From Candidatus Poribacteria bacterium (GTDB taxonomy: Bacteria > Poribacteria > WGA-4E > WGA-3G): DNA of 64,000 nucleotides. Location of the stretch: assembly GCA_965209095.1 (NCBI GenBank), contig OZ242381.1, positions 4,126,630 to 4,190,629 on the forward strand, written 5' to 3'. A program made the translations under genes and the position numbers. Each line of letters starts with the position of its first letter. Positions within the stretch are counted from its first letter, which is position 1. Shown one piece after another: positions 1-9,621 of this stretch. The notes under the pieces are model-generated. The model was given only the letters and a program-made list of their open reading frames with translations, searched no databases and was not told the origin of the DNA.

Positions 1-90
1 GTGCCCCGCCATCTATAACCAACAATTGCGGGGCACGGAGACCCCGCACTACAATGAACATGAAATGTTTGCCGAAAACTTTACACACCC
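1..90. repeat. Right half of a family-1 MITE-like element, truncated by the window edge. It has the internal GC hairpin gtgccccgc...gcggggcacgg and the terminal repeat TGCCGAAAACTTTACACACCC.
   Basis: Near-identical to positions 60441..60545. The terminal motif GGGTGTGTAAAGTTTTTGGCAAACA recurs in inverted orientation at several loci in the window. Confidence 0.6.
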
Positions 91-139
91 TTCACGAGTA
101 CATTGACGATAGGAAACATCTATCTTATACATATACCTC

Positions 140-2083
140 TTACGGCCAAAAGTTATACATCGGTTGCTGCGTCACCACACTCATGAGACTCCAAATTCCA
201 CCAATCGTAAAATCCCCCAACATCAATCCAACAGCAAACATCACCAATTGACGTGATGCATGCGGTCCACCGATTTTCAACACAGACCATTTCACAACCG
301 AACTGACCAACATACAACTCCACAAATACCGCATACCCCAATCGCTTGAAACGACAAAGCCAATCGGATGGAAGGGCCACCAGAAAAACCGCGCACGCAT
401 AAACATCAGTCCGGTCGAAAAAAGAAGACCGAATACTATCCCACCTGTCGCATAGAAATTCGGTTCAGTAGGATAGTAAAACCATCTTTGGAGTCCGCTG
501 AAGACACGTTCACCAAAACCGATGTTCCAACTGCTACTCCCACTCATATTCAAGGCACCGTAAGTATAATAGATGTAGAGAATCACCCCAAAGACCATAA
601 TTGAGGCAAACGTGGAAATTCCGAGAAGTGCTAAGAACAACCGCTGCGGTGCAATTGCCGTTCGTTCCGACAGTTTGAATCCCTCTAATTGATGTGGCAT
701 CGGATTGCTCGTATAACTGCGATTGAACCAACGATATAACGTCATGGCAACAAGGTTGTTTGTTCCCAACATGCGTGTGCCGAAACTATCAATGAGAATA
801 TGATGATTCGGCATGTTTTCCATTGCATGCACAGGGAAACCTTGTTCAGCACGCATCCGCGTCAATACCAACACGATGATAAAATAGATGGCAAAAAACA
901 ACGGAATTAGCCATAGTGACATCCCGATTCGATTAGAAAAGATAAAGAGGACCGCAAGTCCCCCAACGATACCCCATAACGCAAATCTATACGGAATAGG
1001 TTCATCGGAATCTTCAGCAGTGCGATGCCGTGCAATACGGAACACGCCTCGTATATGACGCGAATTCAACACCAACACCGAAATGAATATCCCAATGGCA
1101 GCCCCAAAACACTGTCTGTCAATGTATGGAAATCCGGGTAGACTGGACAACCCAACAGCACTTGAGAATACCAATTGTGCTTTATAGAAAAAGAAGAAAA
1201 ACCAGCTGGAAAATGATAGGTCAAGTGGCATCAACAACCCTAATCCGATAACAAAAGGATAATAGGACATACTGATGCCGCCGATGGCATTCCACGGCTT
1301 TTCTGTGAATAGATGTCCAAAACCACGCCATCCACCGATTCGCTTTATTGGTAAGTAGGGAATTGTAGGATATAGATAACTGAATCCGTTGAGGATTGCA
1401 ATAGACGCTGCGATACCGAAACCGATCCACATAATGCGATGCCTAAACAGCGACTTCGTGTTATGTGTAACATGGAAAGCGATTTGTGTAATAGGATAAG
1501 CGAGTCGTTCTCGTTCCACCCATTGCTTTCGGAGTATAACATTGATACATAACATCACCAGCACAAGTGCAGTGATAAACAGTGTCCAAGAAAGTATTGG
1601 AACGAGCCACACGCCGACAATCTCAATCGTCGTCAAATTGGTTTCGCCTTTATAATATCCAGTAAGAGCCTTTGAATCGTCTACAAGAAGCCATCTTGGA
1701 AGGTAGTCCCAAAAGATTTGTTTCCATTCGTTTTCGGGAGTGGCAAACCAGAAGGCATGACCGACGGTTGTGACGAGGATCGTCATTAGAGTAATGGAGG
1801 GAAATGCGCATGCGGTGCTTAGCAGAATGTAGATAGTGAGAAGCTCAGCATCGGAAATTAAGCGGATACGGGTGGTATGGCGAACAATAAGGTTGAACAG
1901 TGTGAATGTGAAAACGACAAAGACAACATTGTAAAATGGGACAGCGTAAGTATTGAGGGCATAACCGACGAGTCCTACTTCACCAGCGATAATCCAGTAG
2001 AAATTGAACGGAATCAACACAAGTGTAATGAGAACAGACTTCCATGTGACTCCGTACGATTTCAACTGTCCATCTTCTTTCAT
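140..2083 (-). CDS. Polytopic membrane protein of unknown family (about 14 predicted TM segments). Paralog of 32774..34702.
   Basis: 647-aa ORF with many hydrophobic segments. Conserved blocks shared with the paralog include NEW..F..YLP.WL, LAYPI.Q, RWxxxPxEPN and WWPFHP.GY. No ABC-permease EAA motif is present. Confidence 0.75.
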   Translation of the reverse strand: MKEDGQLKSYGVTWKSVLITLVLIPFNFYWIIAGEVGLVGYALNTYAVPFYNVVFVVFTFTLFNLIVRHTTRIRLISDAELLTIYILLSTACAFPSITLMTILVTTVGHAFWFATPENEWKQIFWDYLPRWLLVDDSKALTGYYKGETNLTTIEIVGVWLVPILSWTLFITALVLVMLCINVILRKQWVERERLAYPITQIAFHVTHNTKSLFRHRIMWIGFGIAASIAILNGFSYLYPTIPYLPIKRIGGWRGFGHLFTEKPWNAIGGISMSYYPFVIGLGLLMPLDLSFSSWFFFFFYKAQLVFSSAVGLSSLPGFPYIDRQCFGAAIGIFISVLVLNSRHIRGVFRIARHRTAEDSDEPIPYRFALWGIVGGLAVLFIFSNRIGMSLWLIPLFFAIYFIIVLVLTRMRAEQGFPVHAMENMPNHHILIDSFGTRMLGTNNLVAMTLYRWFNRSYTSNPMPHQLEGFKLSERTAIAPQRLFLALLGISTFASIMVFGVILYIYYTYGALNMSGSSSWNIGFGERVFSGLQRWFYYPTEPNFYATGGIVFGLLFSTGLMFMRARFFWWPFHPIGFVVSSDWGMRYLWSCMLVSSVVKWSVLKIGGPHASRQLVMFAVGLMLGDFTIGGIWSLMSVVTQQPMYNFWP

Positions 2084-2553
2084 GTCGCCTTATGTCTCGC
2101 GTAAAAAAGCGGTGAATGCATCCAGTTCTTCAAATACATTTGGCATTAATTCTTTCAGATGGAATGCAAGTTTCTTTACATCTTCAATAACTATTGGTGT
2201 GTCCGCTCTAATTTTGCGGGTATAATCGTTTTAACCGGATGCGTGCATCATCCGTTGTAAACTGCCAGTCTACAGTTTGATTTGAACTGTATTGGCTTGA
2301 TATGGACGTTATCCACCGACTTTCAAGGTTACTGCGATGCGGTTTTATTTCGACTTTCGCTGGGCAGTCTGTGATGCCCTTGCACATATTTCGTTTCTGA
2401 GCCGTCTACATCCCACAAGCGAAAGCATGGGGATTTGATGGGAGGTGTTAAAATTTTGTTGCAAGTCCGAAATTACTTATTGCGAATTTATATTCAAACT
2501 ATAATTTCATACGTATGATTTTAGGATCCAAACATCATAGACAATTGGGGAAT

Positions 2554-3411
2554 CTATTTTAGTTCAGGCCCGGGTGTTCGATTCCATTGCAATGGTTCAA
2601 CGTCCCCTTGATAATTTGGGTTGAGCTCTGCAATTCTTTCCCAATCTTCATCTGACCATTCCAATTTCTGCCGCATTCTCCCGATATGTGCCTGCATTGC
2701 TTCTGGTAATAAAGCAAAAAATGGATGATACCATAAGGTGATGACTGTGCGTCGTTCTATTGATTTATTGCTGTGTGATGCGTGTAGCAACCGAGAATCG
2801 CCGATAACAAGATCACCTGCCTTGACGGTGATATCTACCTCATCTGGATATTTCTGAAATGCAGGATGGTCTGCATTTTCAACCCGTTGTAGTTCCGCGC
2901 CGTGCGCATTTGGTAATATGTCGTGTAGTCGGTGTCTTGTAAGATGTGAGCCATTGATCACACGTAGGCATCCGTTATGTGGTGTGGTATCAACCAAATA
3001 ATACATTAGAAAAAGTTGTTGTGGTAATGCTGTGTAACTACAAGGATCGTTCCAACCCCACCAATCCTGATGCCAAAAAAGCGGAGGACTCTTCGGTGGT
3101 TTGCTAATAACATATCCTGAAGAGAATTTTGGTCGCAGGAAACCTAATGCCTCCATAGCAAGTAATGCGCGTGGATAGACGACCAATTCTGAAAACAGAG
3201 AGTGCGTATAAATACTAATCATACTCCCGGATGAACGGGTTGCAGCTAGTTGCTCTTCTGTCTGTGCCTCCAACAGCGTATCTGTAACTGAACGAAGTTG
3301 CATTATCATGTCATCTTCAAGAACATTCTCAACGACACAATAACCATCTGAGATCAATTGGTCGTATTTTTCTTTAGTTTTTTCAATTTCCATTTTAATT
3401 TTACCAGGCAA
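2554..3411 (-). CDS. Phytanoyl-CoA dioxygenase (PhyH) family Fe(II)/2-oxoglutarate oxygenase.
   Basis: 285-aa ORF. The WHQDW motif supplies the His-x-Asp of the facial triad, with downstream His residues. Similar to the second PhyH-like ORF at 44374..45108. Confidence 0.7.
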   Translation of the reverse strand: MPGKIKMEIEKTKEKYDQLISDGYCVVENVLEDDMIMQLRSVTDTLLEAQTEEQLAATRSSGSMISIYTHSLFSELVVYPRALLAMEALGFLRPKFSSGYVISKPPKSPPLFWHQDWWGWNDPCSYTALPQQLFLMYYLVDTTPHNGCLRVINGSHLTRHRLHDILPNAHGAELQRVENADHPAFQKYPDEVDITVKAGDLVIGDSRLLHASHSNKSIERRTVITLWYHPFFALLPEAMQAHIGRMRQKLEWSDEDWERIAELNPNYQGDVEPLQWNRTPGPELK

Positions 3412-3418
3412 GTTGAGA

Positions 3419-4795
3419 TTATTCTACTAAATCTTTTGCTTTCTGATACTTCTGTTTCGCGAATTGTCCCCATTCTTTTATTTTCTCGTTACGATATACT
3501 TGATCATTCCAATCTGATGCAGCCATAGTCATTGCTTTGTCCTCATTTAGTGGTATTTTGACCAATTCAGCAATTGCTTCAGAGCGTTTTTCAGCATCTT
3601 TAGAGTTCGCAATTGCTTTCCAAGCATCAACAAGATCGGTATGGGAGTCAATGATTAGAATACCGAATAGATCGTTAACAATGTCCCAACGTGTGCTGCC
3701 TTTTTCTGCATCATAGGGAAATGGAGACAATTCCATATCAAAAGGATTTGTTACAACACACCGATCTCCCAATTGTTCGTAGAGATCGGGCAGAACACTT
3801 GCGCGATTTAATCCACCTTTCCATTTTGGTCCCTCTTCATCACTATCACGTAACATCCACAATTTTTGAGCTTGTTCAGACAAAACAAACTCGACGAATA
3901 ATTTTGCAACCGACATGTTCGGTGCACCTTTGAGAATTGCGATTGAATCGGGATTGACCACCGTCCCATCAGTTGGTAAGACGTACTTAATTGTATTGGA
4001 ACCTAAAGCAGCGATTTGACTATATGCATAAAAATCTATTGCTAATCCATAGATAACTTGTCCTGTTCCGACATCTCTGGGTATTACGTTTGATCCTGCG
4101 GAAAACTTCTTTACATTACCACCTAATTTTGTAAGGAGTGCAAATCCTTTTTCCCAACCATGTGTTTGTAGTATTATCTCATACATCATGTGGGCACTTC
4201 CACTTTCTCTCGGATCAGCAGCTCCAATTAGGTTAATTAAAGCAGAATTGCCCAGATCCTCCCATTTTTTTACTTCTGGCAAATTCTCCAATGCTCGCAA
4301 CTGGTCATTATACATAATACCGAAACTTGATAAGGCTGCACCGTACCACCTATGTTGTGAATCGTATACAGGTATCCCATGATAAGCTTGTGGAATTTGA
4401 TTAAGTTGTGATTCGGGAAGTTTATAGGGTGTAAGTAAATCCATATCAGCCAAACGGAGATAATTGTCTGTTCCACCGCCAAAGAAAATATCTATACCAA
4501 TGCCATCAGGTTTTCGATTAAATTCACCTGCAATAAAACGGTAATTAGAAGATGTTCCACCGACATCACGCCAGTCAGTTTTGACAGGTCTTCCAGTCTT
4601 TTCTTCATGCCATTTTTCAAAATTGCTTCCAAATTCTGACTCGATACTTTCAGGATGAGGTGAAATGATTATAAGTTGATCCTCTGTTTGTTGAGGTGAC
4701 TGGCAATTCCATATTATAGTCAGGCAGAGTAGTATCCCGATTGGAATGATATTGTTGATCTTAATTACATGCCGAAACGAATTAAAATTGGACAT
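3419..4795 (-). CDS. ABC transporter periplasmic substrate-binding protein (family 1; ferric/polyamine/thiamine type).
   Basis: The ORF track gives 3419..4852. The start probably lies at the internal Met (MSNFNSF...) that precedes a hydrophobic signal segment. Length and the FFGGGTDNY block resemble AfuA/PotD-type binding proteins. Confidence 0.65.
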   Translation of the reverse strand: MSNFNSFRHVIKINNIIPIGILLCLTIIWNCQSPQQTEDQLIIISPHPESIESEFGSNFEKWHEEKTGRPVKTDWRDVGGTSSNYRFIAGEFNRKPDGIGIDIFFGGGTDNYLRLADMDLLTPYKLPESQLNQIPQAYHGIPVYDSQHRWYGAALSSFGIMYNDQLRALENLPEVKKWEDLGNSALINLIGAADPRESGSAHMMYEIILQTHGWEKGFALLTKLGGNVKKFSAGSNVIPRDVGTGQVIYGLAIDFYAYSQIAALGSNTIKYVLPTDGTVVNPDSIAILKGAPNMSVAKLFVEFVLSEQAQKLWMLRDSDEEGPKWKGGLNRASVLPDLYEQLGDRCVVTNPFDMELSPFPYDAEKGSTRWDIVNDLFGILIIDSHTDLVDAWKAIANSKDAEKRSEAIAELVKIPLNEDKAMTMAASDWNDQVYRNEKIKEWGQFAKQKYQKAKDLVE

Positions 4796-4864
4796 GGTTG
4801 TCAATTCTCCTAAATAAGAAATTTCCTTAATCATTGGAAGTAGGTAAAACAAAAATAGATGTAC

Positions 4865-5005
4865 TTATACACCGAAAAGTGAAATAATATCCTTCATTTT
4901 CCAAGCTAAAACCAAGATACCTATTAGTAGAATTAGATACCAAATAATCATTGATTTTAGCTGCTTTGTATTGAAGAATGAGCGAGGTTGTTTCTTCTGT
5001 TTCAT
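4865..5005 (-). CDS. Possible 46-aa small membrane protein (MKQKKQPRSFFNTKQLKSMIIWYLILLIGILVLAWKMKDIISLFGV). It falls below the ORF-track size cutoff.
   Basis: Hand translation of the minus strand. The ATG at 5005 is preceded by AAGGA 8 nt upstream, one TM helix is predicted, and the ORF ends 12 nt upstream of the substrate-binding-protein gene. Confidence 0.3.
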   Translation of the reverse strand: MKQKKQPRSFFNTKQLKSMIIWYLILLIGILVLAWKMKDIISLFGV

Positions 5006-5838
5006 CGGTTATTCCTTACACATATCTGTTGAACAAAGTTGTGAAAATGATAGCACATAATGGAATTGTATGTCAAAGAATATTACACAACAACACAGGT
5101 GTGTAATATTCTGTACAAATATGACTGTCTCTTAGTAGTGCATGGTCTGTGTGCCCCTCCGCCGTAGGTGATGAATTGAAGACTATGGTGGCATTAGTGT
5201 TCATGAATTTCGCCTAACATTTAACAGCGAATTCTCTGTGTTTATCTTGAAGTTTCATTGAAATCTTCCTCTTAAAAATCGTACTATATGGTACAGTTTT
5301 TCGTACTATAGTACGATTTTTAAAATTGCTCTAAACATAGTGTACATAAGGGTTTGTAAGGATAATTTCTAAAATCAAAAAAATTTAAAATAGTACAGTT
5401 TCCATTTTCGGATTTTGTCGTGTGAAATCGGTTTTCTGTTTCAGACAATTGCCCAATATTATACTCATGGATGCTTGAATGTTGATAAAGGTTAAAATAG
5501 ATGTAATAAAAATGCCCTTGGTGAATGTGTAAGACATTTTCATTGACACTTATTGTTATTGAAATGTCGTTTCTTAGTTCTGATATTTTATATATTGAAA
5601 AGAGTATATATCGGATAATCGGTGTGAATTGTCCGTCAGGATTTGTGTACATGTTTTTTACTCTTAGAAAAATAAATGTGATGTGAAATATATTATAACG
5701 TATACAAATTGTTGATGTCAAGTTAATTATTACATTTATAAGATGATTTTTGTGTTTTTTGTAAAAAAGGGAATTTTTCCTTGTATTTTGCGTTTTATGT
5801 GATAAGTTTCATTACTCTGAACAGATATAATTTCTCCT

Positions 5839-6024
5839 GGGGATGTGTAAAGTTTTTGGCACTGCACGTAGGGGCAGGGTTTCCCCGCCCGATTCCCACC
5901 CCTTGCCACATTCCCATCCCAACCACTGCTGATGGATAGGATGTGTTCCAACGAGGGCGAGGGGACCTCGCCCCTACGATGTGTCTGAACGTGAGATAAC
6001 CTTTGCCAAAAACTTTACACACCC
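5839..6024. repeat. Complete family-1 MITE-like element (186 bp).
   Basis: Terminal inverted repeats are GGGGATGTGTAAAGTTTTTGGCA and TGCCAAAAACTTTACACACCC. The interior holds two GC-rich hairpins built on acgtaggggc...gcccctacg. The right end overlaps the ORF-track start of selA. Confidence 0.7.
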
Positions 6025-6092
6025 TCTCCTGGGTATATAAGTTGACATCTGATAGATTATCTGTTAAAATGAACAACATTGAAATATTCTTG

Positions 6093-7550
6093 ATGATATC
6101 ATTCTCTTATTGGTGTTTGAATTTGACAACAAAAGACAAAATAAACCAGCATCTACTCCGTGAACTCCCATCAATTGAAAAACTCCTACTGTTGCCAGAG
6201 TTGCAGGAGTTAATTGCTTCTTATTCACGAACACTTGTTACGAATGCACTAAGGTCAGTTGTATCATCAGTACGAGAGCAAATCCTGGGTGGAGAAATTG
6301 CCCAAACACTTCCCGTCCCCTCTGAATACGCTACTTTGGCATTAACAGAAATTGAGGAATTAACCCGTTCTCCACTACGCACCGTCATAAATGCGACAGG
6401 GACTGTAACACATACAAATCTCGGTCGTTCATTGCTATCTCAATCTGCATGTGATAGTTTACTAAACGCTGCACAAAACTATGTCAACCTTGAATATGAC
6501 CTTGAGACAGGCAAACGTGGACACCGTGACAGGATAACAGAGCCACTTTTGCAGCAATTAACTGGATGTGAAGCATCCACAGTTGTTAATAATAATGCTG
6601 CTGCAGTCCTAATTGCACTTCAAACCGTTGCTGCAGGAAAAGAAGTTATTGTCTCACGCGGGGAGTTAATTGAGATCGGTGGGGCGTTTCGTATTCCTGA
6701 TGTAATGGCAGCAAGTGGTGCCATTTTGAGAGAGGTAGGCACTACAAATCGGACACACCTGCGAGATTATGCTGAAGCCATCAACGAGAATACTGCCCTA
6801 CTATTAAAGGTGCATCCAAGCAATTATAAGATTGTAGGTTTTACTTCTACACCAGAGATGCGTGAATTGACTGAATTGGGTGCAGAACACGGTATCTTAA
6901 CAATGGAAGATTTAGGTAGCGGTGCTTTGGTTGATCTTTCAGAGTTTGGACTCCCTAAAGAACCGGTTGTCGCTGATAGAATTGCCGATGGCGTTGACAT
7001 CGTAACATTTAGTGGGGATAAATTACTTGGTGGTCCACAAGCGGGGATTATCGTTGGAAAAGCAGAATGGATACATCAAATTAGAAAGAATCCTCTGATG
7101 CGTGCACTAAGGGTGGATAAACTGACTATCGCAGCACTATCAACAACATTACAAACATATCTATATCAAGACAATATCACAGAACATTTCCCTATGCTTC
7201 AACGTTATACTCGGTCAATTGATGATTTGCAAAATGTTGCAGGACAGCTGGTAGAAAAACTTGAGAATATATTCCAAGACAGTATAACAATTGACGTTTC
7301 TGAAACTCAGTCGGAGATAGGAAGTGGATCGCTTCCCGTTGAGACATTACCGAGTATTGCAGTTGTGTTAACACCCAAAACTATCTCTATATCTAAACTT
7401 TCCGAATGCTTCAGGCAAGGAAAAACACCTGTCATCGGAAGGATTGAAAATGATCAGTTGATGTTTGATCTTCGCACATTATATGAGGCAGAAATACAAT
7501 TTTTGATTCAAACAGCAGCTGAAGTCGTATCAAATATTGGAAATGAATAA
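6093..7550 (+). CDS. selA: L-seryl-tRNA(Sec) selenium transferase (selenocysteine synthase, SelA).
   Basis: Strong matches to SelA blocks: TGTVTHTNLGRS, NNNAAAVL, VSRGELIEIGGAFRIPDVM, VGTTNRTH, FSGDKLLGGPQAGIIVGK (the PLP lysine) and IGSGSLP. The ORF-track start at 6003 lies inside a MITE, so the start is more likely the Met at 6093 or nearby. Confidence 0.9.
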   Translation: MISFSYWCLNLTTKDKINQHLLRELPSIEKLLLLPELQELIASYSRTLVTNALRSVVSSVREQILGGEIAQTLPVPSEYATLALTEIEELTRSPLRTVINATGTVTHTNLGRSLLSQSACDSLLNAAQNYVNLEYDLETGKRGHRDRITEPLLQQLTGCEASTVVNNNAAAVLIALQTVAAGKEVIVSRGELIEIGGAFRIPDVMAASGAILREVGTTNRTHLRDYAEAINENTALLLKVHPSNYKIVGFTSTPEMRELTELGAEHGILTMEDLGSGALVDLSEFGLPKEPVVADRIADGVDIVTFSGDKLLGGPQAGIIVGKAEWIHQIRKNPLMRALRVDKLTIAALSTTLQTYLYQDNITEHFPMLQRYTRSIDDLQNVAGQLVEKLENIFQDSITIDVSETQSEIGSGSLPVETLPSIAVVLTPKTISISKLSECFRQGKTPVIGRIENDQLMFDLRTLYEAEIQFLIQTAAEVVSNIGNE

Positions 7551-8373
7551 TTTAAGTAGAATGAAGGTCACTTTGCTAATTTCAATGTCTCTTTTTTCTG
7601 CTTGTATAGATAGTTCACAAAACCCCGTTGAAACGAAAGAATTAAATGAGAGAATAGTATCACACATTGATAATGCAGAGATGCAGTTGATACCATCTGG
7701 CACATTTTTGATGGGTAATTCTGATGAAGATGTAGGAGATGTAGACGAATTACCTGTTCATGAAGTATATCTGGATGCATTTTATATTGATATTTTTGAG
7801 GTTACCAATGCGAAATACCAACAATTTGTGTTGTCTACGGGATATCCATTCCCTCCACTATGGAACGACCAAAAGTTTAATCAACCAGAAAATCCTGTTG
7901 TTAATATTAAATGGGTTGATGCATTTGCTTATGCAAACTGGGCAAATAAACGACTACCAACTGAAGCTGAATGGGAGTATGCTGCACGTGGTAATCTGAT
8001 TGAAAAGAAGTTTCCATTTGGTGATACAATTACACGCGACGATGCGAATTTTGGTGGTGAAGAAGGGAAAGATATTTGGAGATGGACATCTCCTGTCGGG
8101 AGTTTCTCACCAAATGGTTTTGGTCTATTTGATATGGCTGGAAACGTCTGGGAATGGTGCTTTGATGAATACAATGCTGAATTCTATGCTATATCATCAA
8201 AGAACAATCCCAGATATGGGAGAGAATCAGCACCAGATAATGAAAACTTTCGTATATTGAGAGGTGGGGGATGGGGTGGAAGTAGCGAAGATTTGCGTGT
8301 TTCTGATAGATGGTACCATCTCACTTCAGGAAGCACTATCGGTTTTCGTTGTGTGAAGGATGTTATTGAATAA
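7537..8373 (+). CDS. Formylglycine-generating enzyme (FGE/SUMF1) family protein, probably a lipoprotein.
   Basis: The N-terminus LLISMSLFSAC looks like a lipobox signal. FGE-sulfatase domain blocks are present (NVWEWCFDEY, RGGGWGGS, GFRCV). It overlaps the selA stop by 14 nt. Confidence 0.75.
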   Translation: MEMNNLSRMKVTLLISMSLFSACIDSSQNPVETKELNERIVSHIDNAEMQLIPSGTFLMGNSDEDVGDVDELPVHEVYLDAFYIDIFEVTNAKYQQFVLSTGYPFPPLWNDQKFNQPENPVVNIKWVDAFAYANWANKRLPTEAEWEYAARGNLIEKKFPFGDTITRDDANFGGEEGKDIWRWTSPVGSFSPNGFGLFDMAGNVWEWCFDEYNAEFYAISSKNNPRYGRESAPDNENFRILRGGGWGGSSEDLRVSDRWYHLTSGSTIGFRCVKDVIE

Positions 8374-8395
8374 ACACATATTCAGGACTTACGCA

Positions 8396-8480
8396 TTCCC
8401 CTTGATAAGGGGGGTTAGAAGGGTTAAAAAGTCGTTATTTCAGTGAATTAACCCCCTAAATCCCCTTATCAAGGGGACTT
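8396..8480. repeat. Compound palindromic (REP-like) intergenic element.
   Basis: CCCCTTGATAAGGGG at about 8400 and its reverse complement CCCCTTATCAAGGGG at about 8461. These flank an internal GGGTTAA...TTAACCC inverted repeat. Confidence 0.45.
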
Positions 8481-8549
8481 TAAGAGAACTGCGTAGTGCA
8501 TTTTACATTTCGTAGGAAAAACAGAAATGTTATTGAAGGTATAAATTTA

Positions 8550-9617
8550 ATGTCTGTTAGTGTTCAGTTAGACCATATTACAAAAGCATTTGATACGACT
8601 TATGCGGTCAATGATGTTTCTTTGACTATTGAGTCGGGTGAACTATTTTTTTTATTAGGTCCGTCTGGTTGTGGAAAATCAACACTACTCCGAGTGATTG
8701 CTGGGTTCTATCGTCCTGATGCGGGGCAACTTATGTTTGATGATAAGGATATGATCAATGTTCCACCACATCAGCGTAACACGGGTATGGTATTTCAAAA
8801 TTACGCATTATGGCCACATATGACAGTGAGTGAAAATATTGAATATGGATTGCAGATCCGAAAACTCGACAGACCAGACCGAAATGAAAAAATTGATAAA
8901 GTTCTTGAAATGGTACAAATGTCAGAATACCGCGATCGTCCTGTCAACACGCTTTCAGGTGGTCAACAGCAACGGATTGCATTAGCACGTGCGATGGTTA
9001 TTGAACCGAGTGTGCTATTACTTGATGAACCGCTAAGTAATTTAGATGCCGCATTACGTCAAAATCTTCGTGACGAGATAAAAGAGATACACCGTAGAAC
9101 GAAAATCACGACAATCTATGTGACTCATGACCAAGTAGAAGCAATTTCTATGGCTGACCGAATGGCAATTATGAAAGATGGTGTCTTTATCCAAGTCGGT
9201 ACACCGCGAGAGATCTACCAACATCCTGCTAATTCTTTTGTAGCAAGTTTCGTTGGAGAAACGAACTTTATTTCTGGCAATATCAAAGAGATTTCTAATG
9301 GTAAAGCAGCCATAGAAACCGAGGTAGGAATCCTTCATACAGAAAGTAATTATAACGATTTCACTCCAGGGCAAGAAGTCAGCTGTTCTATTCGACCAGA
9401 ATCTATTTACTTTAATGATAATGCTGCAGTAAACCAATTAGCTGCTACAGTAGGAACAATAACCTATCTTGGAAGAACTGAAGAATATGAATTGAGAATA
9501 GCGGATACACTAAAACTAAAAGCCGTAGTCCATAACCCGGGCACCGATATAATTAGACAGGGAGAATCTGTAAATATATCAATATCTCCTGAATCCGTTA
9601 TTCCGTTACCGTTATAA
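8550..9617 (+). CDS. ABC transporter ATP-binding protein (PotA/FbpC-like importer ATPase with a C-terminal TOBE-like domain).
   Basis: Walker A GPSGCGKST, signature LSGGQQQR and Walker B LLLDEP are present. The start is taken at the internal MSVSVQLDHITKAF; the ORF track starts at 8496. Confidence 0.85.
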   Translation: MSVSVQLDHITKAFDTTYAVNDVSLTIESGELFFLLGPSGCGKSTLLRVIAGFYRPDAGQLMFDDKDMINVPPHQRNTGMVFQNYALWPHMTVSENIEYGLQIRKLDRPDRNEKIDKVLEMVQMSEYRDRPVNTLSGGQQQRIALARAMVIEPSVLLLDEPLSNLDAALRQNLRDEIKEIHRRTKITTIYVTHDQVEAISMADRMAIMKDGVFIQVGTPREIYQHPANSFVASFVGETNFISGNIKEISNGKAAIETEVGILHTESNYNDFTPGQEVSCSIRPESIYFNDNAAVNQLAATVGTITYLGRTEEYELRIADTLKLKAVVHNPGTDIIRQGESVNISISPESVIPLPL

Positions 9618-9621
9618 TGCG

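Noticed and set aside
140-2083. Idea that the 647-aa membrane protein is the missing ABC permease for the nearby binding protein and ATPase
   Set aside because: No EAA-loop motif or duplicated 6-TM permease pattern is present. Its paralog is linked to a methyltransferase gene, not an ABC system.
2560-2600. tRNA-like T-arm sequence GTGTTCGATTCCA
   Set aside because: The flanking bases cannot form a T-stem or acceptor stem, and the sequence lies inside the PhyH coding region. It is a chance match.
5320-6079. ORFs of 133, 71 and 94 aa in the selA upstream region
   Set aside because: They lie in AT-rich non-coding DNA and inside the MITE at 5839..6024. Their composition is low-complexity, and they have no RBS or recognisable homology.
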